A stretch of DNA of 64,000 nucleotides from NCBI RefSeq assembly GCF_009914755.1, contig NC_060925.1, one strand, 5' to 3'. Every line of letters starts with the position of its first letter. Position 1 is the first letter of the stretch. Source of the stretch: the human T2T-CHM13v2.0 reference genome, Homo sapiens. Shown here one piece after another: positions 43,262-56,178 of this stretch. The position numbers were made by a program, and so were the translations under genes. The notes under the pieces are model-generated. The model saw nothing but the letters and a program-made list of their open reading frames with translations, did not search any database and had not been told where the DNA came from.

Positions 43262-43869
43262 GCACTTCTTGTGATTATTCTCCCTGGATGTAGACATTTT
43301 TAAACAAGGAAAGTTTAACGTGAAATGACAACAACCACTAACATGAACAACAACATAAAAACAAAAAGCTATCATGTTCACTTATGTTAATCTTGTACAT
43401 AAATGTTACCTTCGCTGATAATTTACTTAATTAGTAACATCTTTCTAGGTGTCAAACACTACACTAGTGCCAAGAGACCTGTGGAAAAAAATTAAGAAAC
43501 GAGTCCTCTCCACCATGAATTACAGTTTTGTCACATGGGAAGAGACATATACAATGAAAATATTCAAGGAATAGTACAATACAATAGTCAAAATGAGTAC
43601 TATGTAACTTCAAAGTTGCAGACAGAGGTAAGGAAAAAACAAAAATACTTAAAGTATTCAAGGCCTAAGGACAAGGTGAGATCTGAACATGTGGGAGGTG
43701 GGTAGGTTTTGCATGGACAAAAATTATCGTGAGGTCTTAAAAACAAGAATAGCATCCAAAGGATGGTTGGGGTTGATTCCGTTCATGACATTTAAACCCA
43801 CAGAGTCAAGAAGCCGGTTTATAGTTGAAATTGAGATTCACATTAAATAGGTAGAAATAAGTCTGGGTA

Positions 43870-44090
43870 AAGAATCAATCATAGTAAATACTTTCTGAGG
43901 ATCTATCGTGTAACACTCATTTTATGTACGTTATTACAATTACCCTACAGGTAAGTACTATTATCTTCAATTTATAGATTAATTTATTGAGATGCAATTA
44001 ACTTTCTCAGAGTCACAGAGCTTGTGAGTGGCACAGCCAGATTTAAATCCAAGTTTGATTCCAAAACTCATGCTTCTGTTACCACATCAC
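43870..44090 (-). mobile_element. MIR
   Basis: gtcacagagcttgtgagtggcacagccagatttaaatcc. Confidence 0.6.
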
Positions 44091-44809
44091 TTTGTCTTGT
44101 AAACAGAATATCACTGCAGCAAATCTTTCATCCCATTGTGCTGTAAGAAGGAACAGTACACCTGGAATTTTAAAAACTTGAACCTGAATTTGAATTCTTA
44201 CTTATGTTAGGTATGAAAAATCGGTTAAGCCCTTTATAAACTGTACCATCTTTTGTAAAAATAAAATAGTGAATAGATGACAGCTAGTCACACAGGTGAA
44301 TGAGGAACAGATAGAAGTAACAGAAGAATGGACATTCTTCTGATGTTGGCAAATACTATGTACTCAATAAAATTCACTGAATTTAAACCTAAGTAAAGGG
44401 ATTGTGTACAGCATCAGCTTTGTGCTAGTTAAGACCATTTTAAATATAGATTTGGAAGAAAATAGTTATAGTTTATAGCTAATTCACAACTGCTTCTGCT
44501 ATTTAAGAAGGACTCTACTATTGAGTCATTATAGTTGGCAGAAACGATATGTAGTCACAGCATATGATCCTACAGCAAAACTTCTGATACCATATTTTCA
44601 TTGCTTCCCAAGATGTCCTATAGGTGACAGCATGGCCTTTAGCATGGTACCTAAAGAGGAGACACTCAGTAAATATGTGGTGAATTAAGCAAATGAGGGG
44701 ACAGAAGAAAGGGAGGAAGAGAAAAAAAAGGACAAGAAGAAGAAAAGCTGATTGAATTTAAAAGCAGGTAACGGCATATCCGTTGAAAACTATTAGATGA
44801 CTCAAGTAT

Positions 44810-45758
44810 ATCTTTTAGAAGTCCACAAAGTTTTTTATTTTAATACAGACAAAATAGATTCTTTTATTTTATAAAAACGTAATAAAGTTTGTTATTCAAC
44901 AACTGTTATTTATTAATTTTGCCTTTGTATATGCTGCCAGAAAAGAAATATTAAGAAATCCTGACTTGGTCATGGTGAATCAGAAGGCCTACCTGGATTT
45001 TTTTATCACTCTAACTGCGCAGCTAATCATTCAACCTCAAATTTGTTTTTTATGACACTCCAAGGATGCCCTTAGCTGCATCACTCCTTTGTAATCAAAA
45101 GCTTAGAAATAACAATTAAGCAGATTCCTGAGTTACTAAATGACACATAACTAGAATTGAGACTTAGGAACTTTTAGTTCCATGCTAAGCCCACAGGGAC
45201 ACAACATCTCTAAAACATTAATCATAATTGGGCACAAATATTTTTTGTCACGATTCCCTCCTGCCCTCATTTGCTTTTATATGTCGTTAAGTTCATATCC
45301 TATTAATTGAATTATCACTCTCAATATGTTGACTTTTCACCATCATAAGCTTATACTGATTTTTCAAACTCATATTGCAAAAGCAAGCTATCATGAAATG
45401 TAAAGATGTCCACTTTGGTTAAGATTCACGTAAAGGTTTGAAGTTGGAGAAAACTCCTGGAACACAGGTCTTTCTTTTCATCACTTTTCCTCCAATCATC
45501 ATCTGTGAAATTCTTCCCAACTTCTTAAATGCATATTCAAAATCCCATCCAAGAAACCAATCTAATATTCAGAGGCATGGATTATAATAATAAAGTTGAT
45601 CTCCATGGGTATTACTGACAAAACAATCATTAAAATAAAAAGATAAAAATGAAGAAATAATCCAAATTAAAATATATAATTATCCTTCTCAGGTGGGAAG
45701 AAATATGCAAATTCAGGGAAGCAGGAATTGCAATAAAATGTCCAACTCCGTTCTTTCA
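44810..45758 (-). other. PTGER3: PTGER3 3'UTR of the EP3-I terminal exon (3' end approximate)
   Basis: Repeat-free AU-rich sequence from the stop codon to a cluster of minus-strand AATAAA hexamers. Confidence 0.8.
44834..44914 (-). terminator. Polyadenylation signal cluster (three AATAAA on the minus strand)
   Basis: Plus-strand TTTATT at 44834-44839, 44863-44868 and 44909-44914. Confidence 0.75.
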
Positions 45759-45762
45759 TTAT
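45759..45762 (-). CDS. PTGER3: PTGER3 terminal exon, coding part (last base of Arg codon plus TAA)
   Basis: Strong acceptor ctttctctctctattctaacag|ATAATG. AG from the previous exon plus A gives AGA, followed by TAA. Confidence 0.88.
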
Positions 45763-46074
45763 CTGTTAGAATAGAGAGAGAAAGATGCAATAAGCATGGA
45801 TGGGGATTATTTTTTTTAAATTTTGTGTATGGTGTGAGGAGTAAAATATAAGTAATAAATTTGTTTGCTTTAAACGTTTAAAACATTCTCTTTTGAAGTA
45901 ATTACATGTGTTTTAGATTTAAAAAAGCAATTGTAGGCACAATAAATGGTCAAATAATCTTGTTGTAAAAACAAGTTTCAATTAGTATATAACTCTAGTC
46001 TAAAAAGAAATAAGGAAGAATAGAAGCTGAAATAGCCAGGAAATAGAATATTTTCCTATCAAAACATCAAAGTA

Positions 46075-46376
<302 letters not shown>

Positions 46377-47146
46377 AAAGTATTCTGTTTATTTTTTTAA
46401 GATAGTACACAGTGCCAATTAGTATAAAGCAAATTTTATCACACATGGTTGATGAAATTTTAAATCTAATTATTTTCGCAAACAGTCTGTCTACATGTAT
46501 CTTTAAAGAACATTAAATATTACACATTACTTATTCCATAAATTCTCCTTATGGTAAAATATATATATATATAAACAGTTTTTTCAAACCTCTGCCTTTC
46601 AGTACTTGGGTAATGATACAGTAATATTTTCATCAATGTGGCAAATTTGACCACAAAATTGACCATATGGTTAAGTAAGCTACAGTGTATTATTTAGATA
46701 ACCTATTACATAAATATTAAAATGGCTTCACAAAGAATTTGCAAATGGTCTGAGAAATGCTTATTTTATGCTAAATAAAATGAGAACAAGATTAAAAAAT
46801 GTATATCATAATATTAACATAAGTATGTAAAACAAAATTAAAAAACTGCAGGAAAAAAAGAATAGAAAAACATACACTAACATGATACTGAATTTTTACT
46901 GACTGGTGAGACTAAAGTTTAGTAAGCTATTTTTCTTTCTAATTTTCATCATTTTCCAAAGTTTCCATAGAGAACAGGGCTTATTTTTGTAACTGAGCAA
47001 AAGTATAATAAGATTTACTTTAAAAAATTAAAAATGGAGTTAGAGTGAACCTACCAAAAAAGAGATGGAAACAAGTTATCTCTCTTCGTTTCCCTTCATT
47101 GGTTTTCTAGGGAAATCTGTATTAACAGCAAAACAGTACCCAGTGT

Positions 47147-47150
<4 letters not shown>

Positions 47151-47193
<43 letters not shown>

Positions 47194-47256
47194 AGACATA
47201 GATAGATAGACAGATAGATACATAGATATAGATAGATGATAGATAGATAGATAGAT

Positions 47257-47295
<39 letters not shown>

Positions 47296-47320
47296 GATAG
47301 ATACGTAGACAGATAGATGT
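47151..47320. repeat. Compound (GT)n and (GATA)n STR
   Basis: About 19 GT units followed by an interrupted GATA array. Confidence 0.95.
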
Positions 47321-48323
47321 GGGGAAGGATATAGGATTATAAATGTGAGTTGAGTAAAAATTGTATTGGCCTCATGATTTTTAAGCTGTTTTCCAGAATC
47401 AACCAGCTTGTTCTTATCCTGTAAGTGGCACACTATATATCTCTATTGAAAAAACACATTCATCTCTTCCTCTGAAAAACAGGAAAAATTCTCTCAGTTC
47501 CCTCAACCATGAGGATAAATGTCTAAAGAAATTGAGCTGCTTGAATGTTCATATCAGTTATAACAACTTGTACCGAGCAGAGGGGTTACTGTACCTGACA
47601 TTACCCAGAGAATAAAATAAAATGAGCATGCTTTTTCGCTAAAATGAAGAGTTCAACTCATTTGATAAGTCAACTGTGTTATCTCTGAAAAAATAAACCT
47701 TTTCACAGTCCTTCTTAAAAAGAAAAAAATCACACAATGCTATAATTCCCAGCAGACTTTCCATTCAATTAGCCATTAATAGAAATACTAAAAAGAGGTG
47801 CTTGAGGGAAGAAACTAAAGCTCAAAATTTGATATGGCCAATCATACATGACATTTGGGATTAAGTTCTGCATTTTAGAGTACTCATTCATTGAAGTACA
47901 TGTTTTATTCAAAATAGATCTAATCAAAAATGCAACTGAGAGTGTGCTAGCCATATGAGCCATATGGCGAACACGCTGGATTCTGATACCTAATTAAAAT
48001 ACGAGTGGCCTAGCCTTAACATACTACTGGAAACTGTCCTTACTATGAAAAAATCAGTGACTTACAGATTCTTTCATGGCAAGAGACTTGATCAGTCACA
48101 AGATCAGACTCAAGCCAGTTTCAAAAAACTCTTGGTTGGAGGAAACTTAAGTAAAGTTAAAAACAACAACTCCTCTAAGGAATCTAGCACTCTTAATCAG
48201 ATGTATATGTTTAATTTGCATTTTAATTCTCAGAGATGGTCTGCCTTTGTAGCATCAACTCCGATTAGAACAGAGAGACGGGGGAAGGCTATGCTATAAA
48301 TCCCGGCAGTTTCTAAATCTCAC

Positions 48324-48415
48324 CTTTCCAAATGGTCGCTCCACATCAAGGTTGAGGAACACTGGCAGGGTAAGGAGGTGGAGCTGGATGCATAGTTGTT
48401 TGTGTGGTACCTGAT
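48324..48415 (-). CDS. PTGER3: PTGER3 cassette coding exon (92 nt) encoding the EP3-I C-terminal tail IRYHTNNYASSSTSLPCQCSSTLMWSDHLE plus 2 nt of the Arg codon
   Basis: Minus strand reads ctctgtctgttcacag|ATC AGG TAC CAC ... TTG GAA AG|gtgaga, with canonical acceptor and donor. The translation matches the human EP3-I tail as I recall it (following ...RKFCQ). Confidence 0.96.
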
Positions 48416-48729
48416 CTGTGAACAGACAGAGGATTTCACAGGACACTTCCTTGAGTATTTTTAAAGAAAAGCAAAACCAAAACCTGCATATCAAAGTCAC
48501 ATTGGCTATGATCAATATGGATGTTTTAGATATTACCTTCCTAGGACCATCTCATTTCTACTTCCATGCTTTGACTCACACTTATTTCCTCCTACACTTA
48601 CGCATCAAATACGACTTGCAGGCAGAGACCATGTCTGATATGACTGGGGAAGTTATCACAGCACTTGTTAAAGGCTGAATAAGAACTCATTGACCTCAAG
48701 TGATTGGTGAAGGGAAATCTAATTCAACC

Positions 48730-49290
48730 ACCCTCCAGCTGATTATTTTTCGTGATTTCCCATTGCTCTGGGATAAAGAATAGAATTCCTAACATGACAT
48801 CAAAGGCTGTTTTATCTGGCCTCGGGATGCAATTTCAAACTCTTTTCAAACTTTTTGCCTTTTTGATCTTAAATGCTCAGGCTACACTAGCCATCTTCGA
48901 ACATTATGAACAGTGTCATCCTTCTTCATACCTCAGGGCCTTTGTACTTGCACTTTCTTCTGCCTGCAGTATGCTTCCATTTCTTCATCACCTGGCTAAC
49001 TTCTACTCATCTGATAGATCTCAACTTGGAGAATCACTTTCTTGGAGAACATCCTGTTCACTAGGACTGGTGCCTCACTATATGACATCTACTATTTTTT
49101 CTTTCAGGAACTCATGGCATATGAAACGTATAGTTATGTGTGTGATTATTTATTGATGTGTCATTGTACCTAAGCTATAAGCTTCACAAGAGCAGGAACT
49201 GTGCCTGGTTTTGCTTACCACTGAGTCTCCAGCAGCTACCACGGTGCCTGGCACAGAAATCATAGTGGATAAGCATTTGTGGCCTGAGTG
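48730..49290 (+). mobile_element. L2 3' portion
   Basis: cctcagggcctttgtacttgc...taagcttcacaagagcaggaactgtg...gtgcctggcacag. Confidence 0.75.
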
Positions 49291-50232
49291 GACAATGCTG
49301 CACAGCCAGTCCTGAGGCCCATCCCTCAACAGTATTCTCCATATTACACATCTCCTAAATTCATTGGATGTCACAGCAGAAAAACGATTCCTTTTTTTAT
49401 AAATTTCTCAGTAATTGTCTTATAAGAAAAAGACAGAATAAAATGAATTCCTCATAAAAATTTGTTACAAGAGAAAGGAGAAAGAAATAAAATCCAGTGT
49501 TTCTTCAGTCTTTTTTAATTGGCTTTCTAAAGTTTTTTTTTCCTTAAAAATTTAATTAAGATTATCTTAAACAGCACGGCCATTTTAAGTGGCATGGCAT
49601 TATACAAGCAGTCCAGACAGACATATAGTTTTCCAATCTTTAACTGTGTTAAGCAAATGGATGATTTCTGTTTTAGGTAGGCAGTGCTGTGTGAAGAATC
49701 ATAAAATGCCATGTTTTCTTTGCAGCAAAAATTACACTTTGACCAATACCTATTCCACAGCAAACAGAAAAAGTTTAGTGGCAATTTGCACAGAAATTTT
49801 ATGGTTCTGGAAGAGTGGTCAGACTTGGAGGAGAAAGGAGAACAGGTTTTTGGGGTCTTTTTAAATTTTTTGTCTGCAAGACTTTCAAAGCCCCCTTTGT
49901 ACTCCTATGTGAGAAGATTCTCCATCTGCTAAAGAACGATCTGGTTAGGATAAGTTCTTACCTTAGCTGACAACTAGGTTCCTCTTCCTGCTATTATGCT
50001 GCTTGGTTCTTATTTAGAGGCCTGCTTTAACTAAGGAAATGCCCTTGGGCTTGCATTATTTGTTGGCTAAACTTTAGAAGCAGACTACAGCTGTAGGAAT
50101 TTCGATATCACATACCTGTACAATGTCAAATAGCAGGAGATTAAAAAAAAAAAACCTAAAGTAAGAGGCACTGCAAGGTAGTTTGTCAAGAGCCAAGAGT
50201 TCTGCAGCATATGTTTCCCTAGTGGCACTGTC

Positions 50233-50545
50233 TGTGGAGCACAGAGGATTTTTAGGGCTGTGAAACTAATCTATGATTCCATAATAGTGGACGCGTCATT
50301 ATACATTTTTCCAAACCCATGGAATGTACAACAGCAAGAGTGAACCCTAATGTAAACTATGGACTTTGGGTAATAATGCGGTGTCCTTGTAGATTCATCA
50401 ATTGCAATAAACATACCACTCTGGTAGGGGACATTGATAATGGAGGAGGCTATGCATATGTGGGGCCAGGGGAGTCTGTGAAAAATCTCTGCACTTCTCA
50501 ATTCTGCTATGGACTGCTCCAAAAAATAAATTCCATTTTAAAAAA
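50233..50545 (+). mobile_element. L1MC-type 3' end
   Basis: agcacagaggatttttaggg...caagagtgaaccctaatgtaaactatggactttgg. Confidence 0.8.
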
Positions 50546-51989
50546 TTGTTGTATATTGGGGATTATATATGATTTGATCTACTAATAGCCTTGTTACTAC
50601 TGTTTCTGACCAAAGTTTTCCTTCTCTTTAACATATCCTGCATATTGTTTCCAAGGCAAATCTTGGCAAATCATAAATATCTTTGAAAGTTTCCCATTTC
50701 TAAAAGATAAAGACTACCATATGTCAGGTGATGCCAAGCTCCTTTGCCTTTAATTTCATTTCATGCTTAAACCCTTTAATACACTGATCTTCATTCACAC
50801 CAAATATGACCTGTCCTGAAAGTATAAGGATAAGCAGGTACTAACGAGCCTCTCTTAGACATATCAGCTCTTGCAGCCATAAAGATTTTCCTTTATGCTG
50901 CCTAGGATCTTCCCGTCTGAAATAAATCTTGTTCTTGTTTCAACTAAACTTGCAGCTCTGCTGTGTTCCTCCCAAATTGCCAAGTATATAAGATATCCAA
51001 TCTGCCAGCAAACTTTATCCTCCCTCTGGATGTGAGACCCCAAAGATTTCAATTTAGACAGCTTTATTTACTAAGCTGTCTTACAGGATATTTTAAAATA
51101 ATTCAGTTAAGGTGGTTCAGGCTATTTAACTGCGTATTTGGAGGGAGGGTCGGTGTTGATCTTCCAATTTGAATTTAACTCTTGGGCCAAATTATTTTCC
51201 TATGGCAATTCTGAAAGAAGATTGATGTGTAAATGGGCACGTCACAGACACCAAATGGAGACTCCAGAAACATAGCTCATTTGTTTGGCCTTCTGCTATG
51301 GCTCATTTGTGGACCCTGTGCCATTTATGGTTTAGCTGAGGATGCCTGATGCCTGTATTCACAGAGCCATGCTGCCTCTGTGGGCTGAACACTATGCTAG
51401 TTTGTCTATGAGATTCCTTCCAGAACGACCCAGCTGTACCACAGGGTTATAGCTACTTTCCATCATGTCGTTAATAGGTCTTTCTGCTCACCCACACTAG
51501 CTCACTAATTTATCCCCATCCACTGCTTGATCCTGAATAACTGAGGACTATGATGGTCTGTGCTGTCACCTTCAGAATTTCAAGGCCAGAAGTGTAACTT
51601 GGCATAAATCTAGCTAGATTTTGAAGGAAAAAGAGAAAACCATCCTAGAATTCCCTCTCTTCACCTCTGATTACTTGAGTCCTTGTTACAGGTCATCCCG
51701 CTCCCATAGCTATCCCCTCCCTCTTCCAACTTCCTGACCACTGGCTCCTTTCCATCCACTTTCAGATATGTGGAAGTTTCCCTTGTCTTGGGAAACCAAT
51801 ACACACAAACACCTGTGCTTGACTGTTTGTCTCTACTCCTTCCTCCAAGTGCAGTCGAATGTTTTGCCTCCCTTTAACACCAGCTTCTTTAAGTGACATG
51901 CAGTCTCAGGTGCTCCTAATTCCTCTCCTTTTAGCTCCCTCCTAAACAACTGACCAGAATTAGAAGGTCCTCTCCCTTTGTCAGAAACT

Positions 51990-53420
51990 GTTCAAACACT
52001 TTACAAATAATAATTCATTTAATTATTTGTAATCGGTACTCTTATCATCTTCACTTGAGATATGCAGAAACTGAAGCATAGATAGGTAAAGTAACTTGCC
52101 TAAGGTCACCTCCAGATGAGTGGCAGAGTTTGAATTCAAATGCCAGCAGTCTAGTTCCAAAACACATGTCCTAACCACACTCTACTGCCTCGCTCCCTCC
52201 AAATTCTATAATTGGTTTTCATTCCTGTGCTAATAAAACTAGTCTCTTAGAAACTTTTGGTATATGCTCTCATCTTTGATTGTAGTACTCAGGCTAGATA
52301 TACCTGTATTGCATATTAAGTTCTAGTATTTACAAACCTCCCCCCACTTTTTATGCAAGTATAATGAAACTTCATTAAGCTGGAATGAACACATTATTCT
52401 AATAAGGGTAGAACTAAATTTTATATTGTTCGTGACATAAAATAGTCTTAATTGGTCAAATTAATAAGCAAAACAAAAAATTAATAAGGTAGTAGGAGCA
52501 GCATTTGACCTACTCAAGGGGGAAAATATAGATAATTTTAGAAACACAAATCCAGGCTTCTGATATCAGAGGAGTCTTTCCTGATCCGGATAATAATATG
52601 TATAATGCACTTATTGATTCCTGCCTTGCAGGAGTGTGTGCTCTAGTTGGGAAGCAATTGAAATAACAAGAAATAGTAGAAAATGGCACATAGTCACACT
52701 CCAGAGCATAGGATGGTGATATTCACCATCATCTACTTTGTTAGAATTTGCAGGGTATATTCTGAGCACTGGCAAGTTCTTCTTAGGCACCATGCCAGCT
52801 GCCACCAAGAGGGTAGTGATCCCTGTGGGCATAAAGAAAACTGCACATTTTAAAGCTAAAAGGAGCCTTGGAGATGATGTAATCCAACTCTTTTATTTAC
52901 AGATGAGGATATGAAGCCACTTTCTTTTACAGTCACAAAGCTAGCTTGCAGCAAAGTCCTATCTGGAATCTAGCTTCCTCTTTCTGCTCTATCACTAGGC
53001 CCAATAATAGATTTGTAGATTTAATCCACGCATAAATACCCTAGAACATACCTTATTCATCAAATGCTTGTTTCTTAAAGAAATGAAAGTATAGATAACT
53101 GAGCAGGGTTAAAAGACTAAAACATGTGAGCTAGCCAATTATACTACTCAGTGAGCCCCACAAGAGCAGAGATTTTCACGTTTCTGTTTGTTGATGGACC
53201 CTCAGTGAGTAAACCAGAGTCAGCCACAACGTGGTTTAATTACTATGTGGTGTTTGAATGAATGATTTCTTCTACATTTTTTATATGCAATGTCTATAAG
53301 TGAGTAGATATTATTTCTATTTTATAGGTGAAAAAAAAAAAAGCTGAGTGAAGTTGACTTGCTCAAATCTAGACCTAGAACCAGAACTAGAAACCAGGCT
53401 TCTGGTGCCTAATTCATTAT
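51990..53420. mobile_element. Cluster of MIR pieces (~51990-52190, ~52850-52990, ~53270-53420) and an L2 piece (~53150-53265)
   Basis: aagtaacttgcctaaggtcac; tttacagatgagg; tgtttgaatgaatga. Confidence 0.6.
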
Positions 53421-54349
53421 TTAGCTGTAAAAAGATTGCTTTCATAAAAAAATTAATTGTTATTCTGTACAGAGAATACAGACAGATTTGTCACTTCAGC
53501 AAAATTCTGAGGAAATGGGTACAGCTGGCACGTTATCTACTGTCATTATTTACTTGCTGGTCTTTTGGGTGTGAGCCATCATTTCTAGTCCGGGGCCTGC
53601 TATATCACACTAACAACAAAAATAAACGGTTTCCCCTTCTTACTTTCCAAAGTTTCCTTCCTTTCTTATCTTTCCTCTCAGAATTCAAACTGCCTGGAGA
53701 AACAAAGTGGGCAGGCTGGGGACCGTCCTTCCAATGAGCGTTCTCACACCACTTCGTGAGACTCTGATCAACTCAAACTATATTAAAGACTCCAATGCCT
53801 TACAACTGTCTCCTCAATTTAATTTCATCTTTTGGAGTTTTTACAGCCTCACTATCTAAAGAGATTATACAGTTACTAGGCTTTGTAACTTCTAGCACTG
53901 CTTCTTGAATCTTCATCTTTTAAGGGGGTTCTGTGTTTTTCTCTTTCTACAACATCAAAATATATTCTTAAGATAATAGACCTTAAATGCAGTTATACTG
54001 GTCTCTTCACAATAGCACAGATTGTAGAAGCCTTAAGAATTCACAGAAAGGGGAAATATTAAAGTAATTGAGGGAGTTGAGGTTTCATAAGGAAGTGCAG
54101 AGCATGAAAAGAAGAACTGGAAGGGAGGCGGGGAAGTCTTGAACAAAGACAGGACTGAATGAGCAAGAGTGGAAGGCAGAGAGCAAATACAGCTAGTTAT
54201 TGTGGATGTTTCACTTTTGGACTAAGATTGGATAGGGGTGGATGGGAATTGGAGAAATAGAACTGTTACCACTTTCAAATAAGTGGGGACTTCGACATAG
54301 TTTGGGGGGATTGATAGCCAAAAACCTTAGGCAGGAAGAAGGGTAAACT

Positions 54350-54760
54350 CTAGAAATATTGCCCAGCTGGAATCCTGGTTCCACCAGTTATTAGCTGCGT
54401 GACCTTGGGCAAGTTACTGCAACTTGCTGGCCCTCAGTTTCCTTCTTGGTGGAATGGGAATAAAGGTTGTAACTACTCCTATAAGATTGTTGGTGGAATT
54501 AAAGGATTAATGCAGGCTGCCCATTATGTCTGTAATCCCAGTGCTTTGGGAGACCTAGGCAGGAGGATTCCTGGAGCCTAGGAATTTGAGGGATCCCAGG
54601 AATCTGAGCCATGATGGCACCAATGCACTCCAGCCTGGGTGACAGATCAAGACCCTGACTCTTAAATTTTTAAAAAAGGGGTTAATGTATATAAAGCACT
54701 TAGAACAGAATCTGATGCAATGACACAAAGTAAGCACTCAGAAAATATTAGCTATTCCTA
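54350..54760 (+). mobile_element. MIR interrupted by a free Alu monomer (FRAM-like, 54515-54677)
   Basis: MIR core gtgaccttgggcaagttac...cctcagtttcct; monomer flanked by degenerate TSD aaaggattaatg/aaggggttaatg. Confidence 0.75.
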
Positions 54761-55259
54761 TTTCAGCCATAACAAACAGGCCATTTATTATGCTAGCCTC
54801 ACCTAGAGGTTCTTGTAAGGGAAATTCCCTGGCCCACAACTTCTGAAGGGGCAACTACAGGTCGCCTATTTTGTGCAAAGATTCTGTACATTTTAGGCAT
54901 ACCTGATTGGACAAGGTGTGCAAGCTCAAGCAATAGGTTAGCCACTGATCTATGACTTTGCCAGTCAAGGAACAGTGACCTTATAAGAGACTTCCTTTTT
55001 TGAGAATGTCAAGAAAATAAGGAAGATTAGTATCAGGAACAGAGCCATGAGGAAGAAGATGATTAAGCTAAGGAATTATATTGACAATACAGAGAAAGAA
55101 TAGGCAACTGTTAATAGAAACAAAATTATGACAAGTAGAAAATAACTGGGTCCAATAATGGTGGACAATAGGCAAGAGATTCCATTTACTCCAGTTGTTG
55201 ATTTTCAGGATCTTAATCTACTCTCCAACTCCAGCCTACACACTCCAAGCCATACTATT

Positions 55260-55339
55260 GTTTCTTTTTCTTTCTCCTTTTTTTTCTTTTCTTTTTCCTT
55301 TTCTTTTCTCTCTCTCTCTTCCTTCCTTCCTTCCTTTCT

Positions 55340-55387
<48 letters not shown>

Positions 55388-55702
55388 TCCTTCCTTCCTT
55401 CCTTCCTTCCTTCTTTCTTTTCTTTCAGACAGAGTCTGTCTCTGTCACCTAGGCTGGAGTGCAGTGGCACAATCACAGCTCATTACAACCTGACATCCTG
55501 GGCTCAAGCCTCCCACCTCAGCCTTCCAAGTAGCTGGGACTACAGGCATGCATCACCACACCCTGCTAATGTTTTTATTTTTTGTAGAGATAGGATCTCA
55601 CTATGTTGTTTAGGCTGGTCTCTAACTCCTGAGCTCAAGTGATCCTCCCACCTCAACCTCCCAAAGTGTTGGGATTACAGGCATGAGCCACTGTGCATGG
55701 CC
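55260..55702 (-). mobile_element. AluJ whose tail has expanded into a ~165-bp (TTTC)n/(TTCC)n array
   Basis: Alu body 55426-55702; degenerate TSD ccatactattgtttct/ccataatgctgtttct. Confidence 0.92.
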
Positions 55703-56029
55703 CATAATGCTGTTTCTATTACAATAAACCTCCTCTTGCTTAAGCTAACATAAGTGTTGATCTATTTCCTATGGTCCAAGGAACGTAAATAACCAACCAA
55801 TGCAAACACCTTAGATGATGAGTTTGGGTTTCCAACACTTGCTTTAGTGATCCCTGGTACCCATCAATCAATTGACTCATGGCCCTCCAGTGCACCCTCC
55901 ATGCTGCCCCCACAGTTATCCTCACTCAGAATGGGCTCCCATTCTTTTTGACATATGCACAGACTAATTTTCTTTCAAGGGCAAGTTCAAATTCCACTTT
56001 CTCCATGAATACCTGGGGACTATACTGGA

Positions 56030-56178
56030 CAGAGGTGGATCCAGGTTTTGTGGCATCTGAAGAGTACAAAACTTTCTTTAATAAAATGAATATAAAGCTA
56101 GGTCCCTAGGAAAAGGCCTGTGAAATTGAGAGACTTTGAAACTTCAACTTCATTCACTTCCCTGTACATCTACTTCTG
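56030..56178. mobile_element. Small hAT-type MITE (MER53/MER96-like)
   Basis: Inverted ends cagaggtggat and atctacttctg; partial 8-bp TSD atactgga/ataccagg. Confidence 0.55.

Noticed and set aside
44881-44886. Plus-strand AATAAA among the minus-strand signals (bidirectional terminator?)
   Set aside because: Expected by chance in very AT-rich sequence, and no antisense exon is evident.
47950-47968. gccatatgagccatatggc double CATATG / palindrome as a CArG or double E-box
   Set aside because: It does not fit CC(A/T)6GG, and a short motif cannot be supported without conservation data.
48294-48515. ORF-track 73-aa protein overlapping the EP3-I exon
   Set aside because: It is in a different frame from the known tail and begins in intron sequence; the real exon is defined by splice sites at 48415 and 48324.
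55158-55493. Phe/Ser/Leu-rich and Lys/Glu/Arg-rich ORFs
   Set aside because: These are translations of the (TTTC)n microsatellite.
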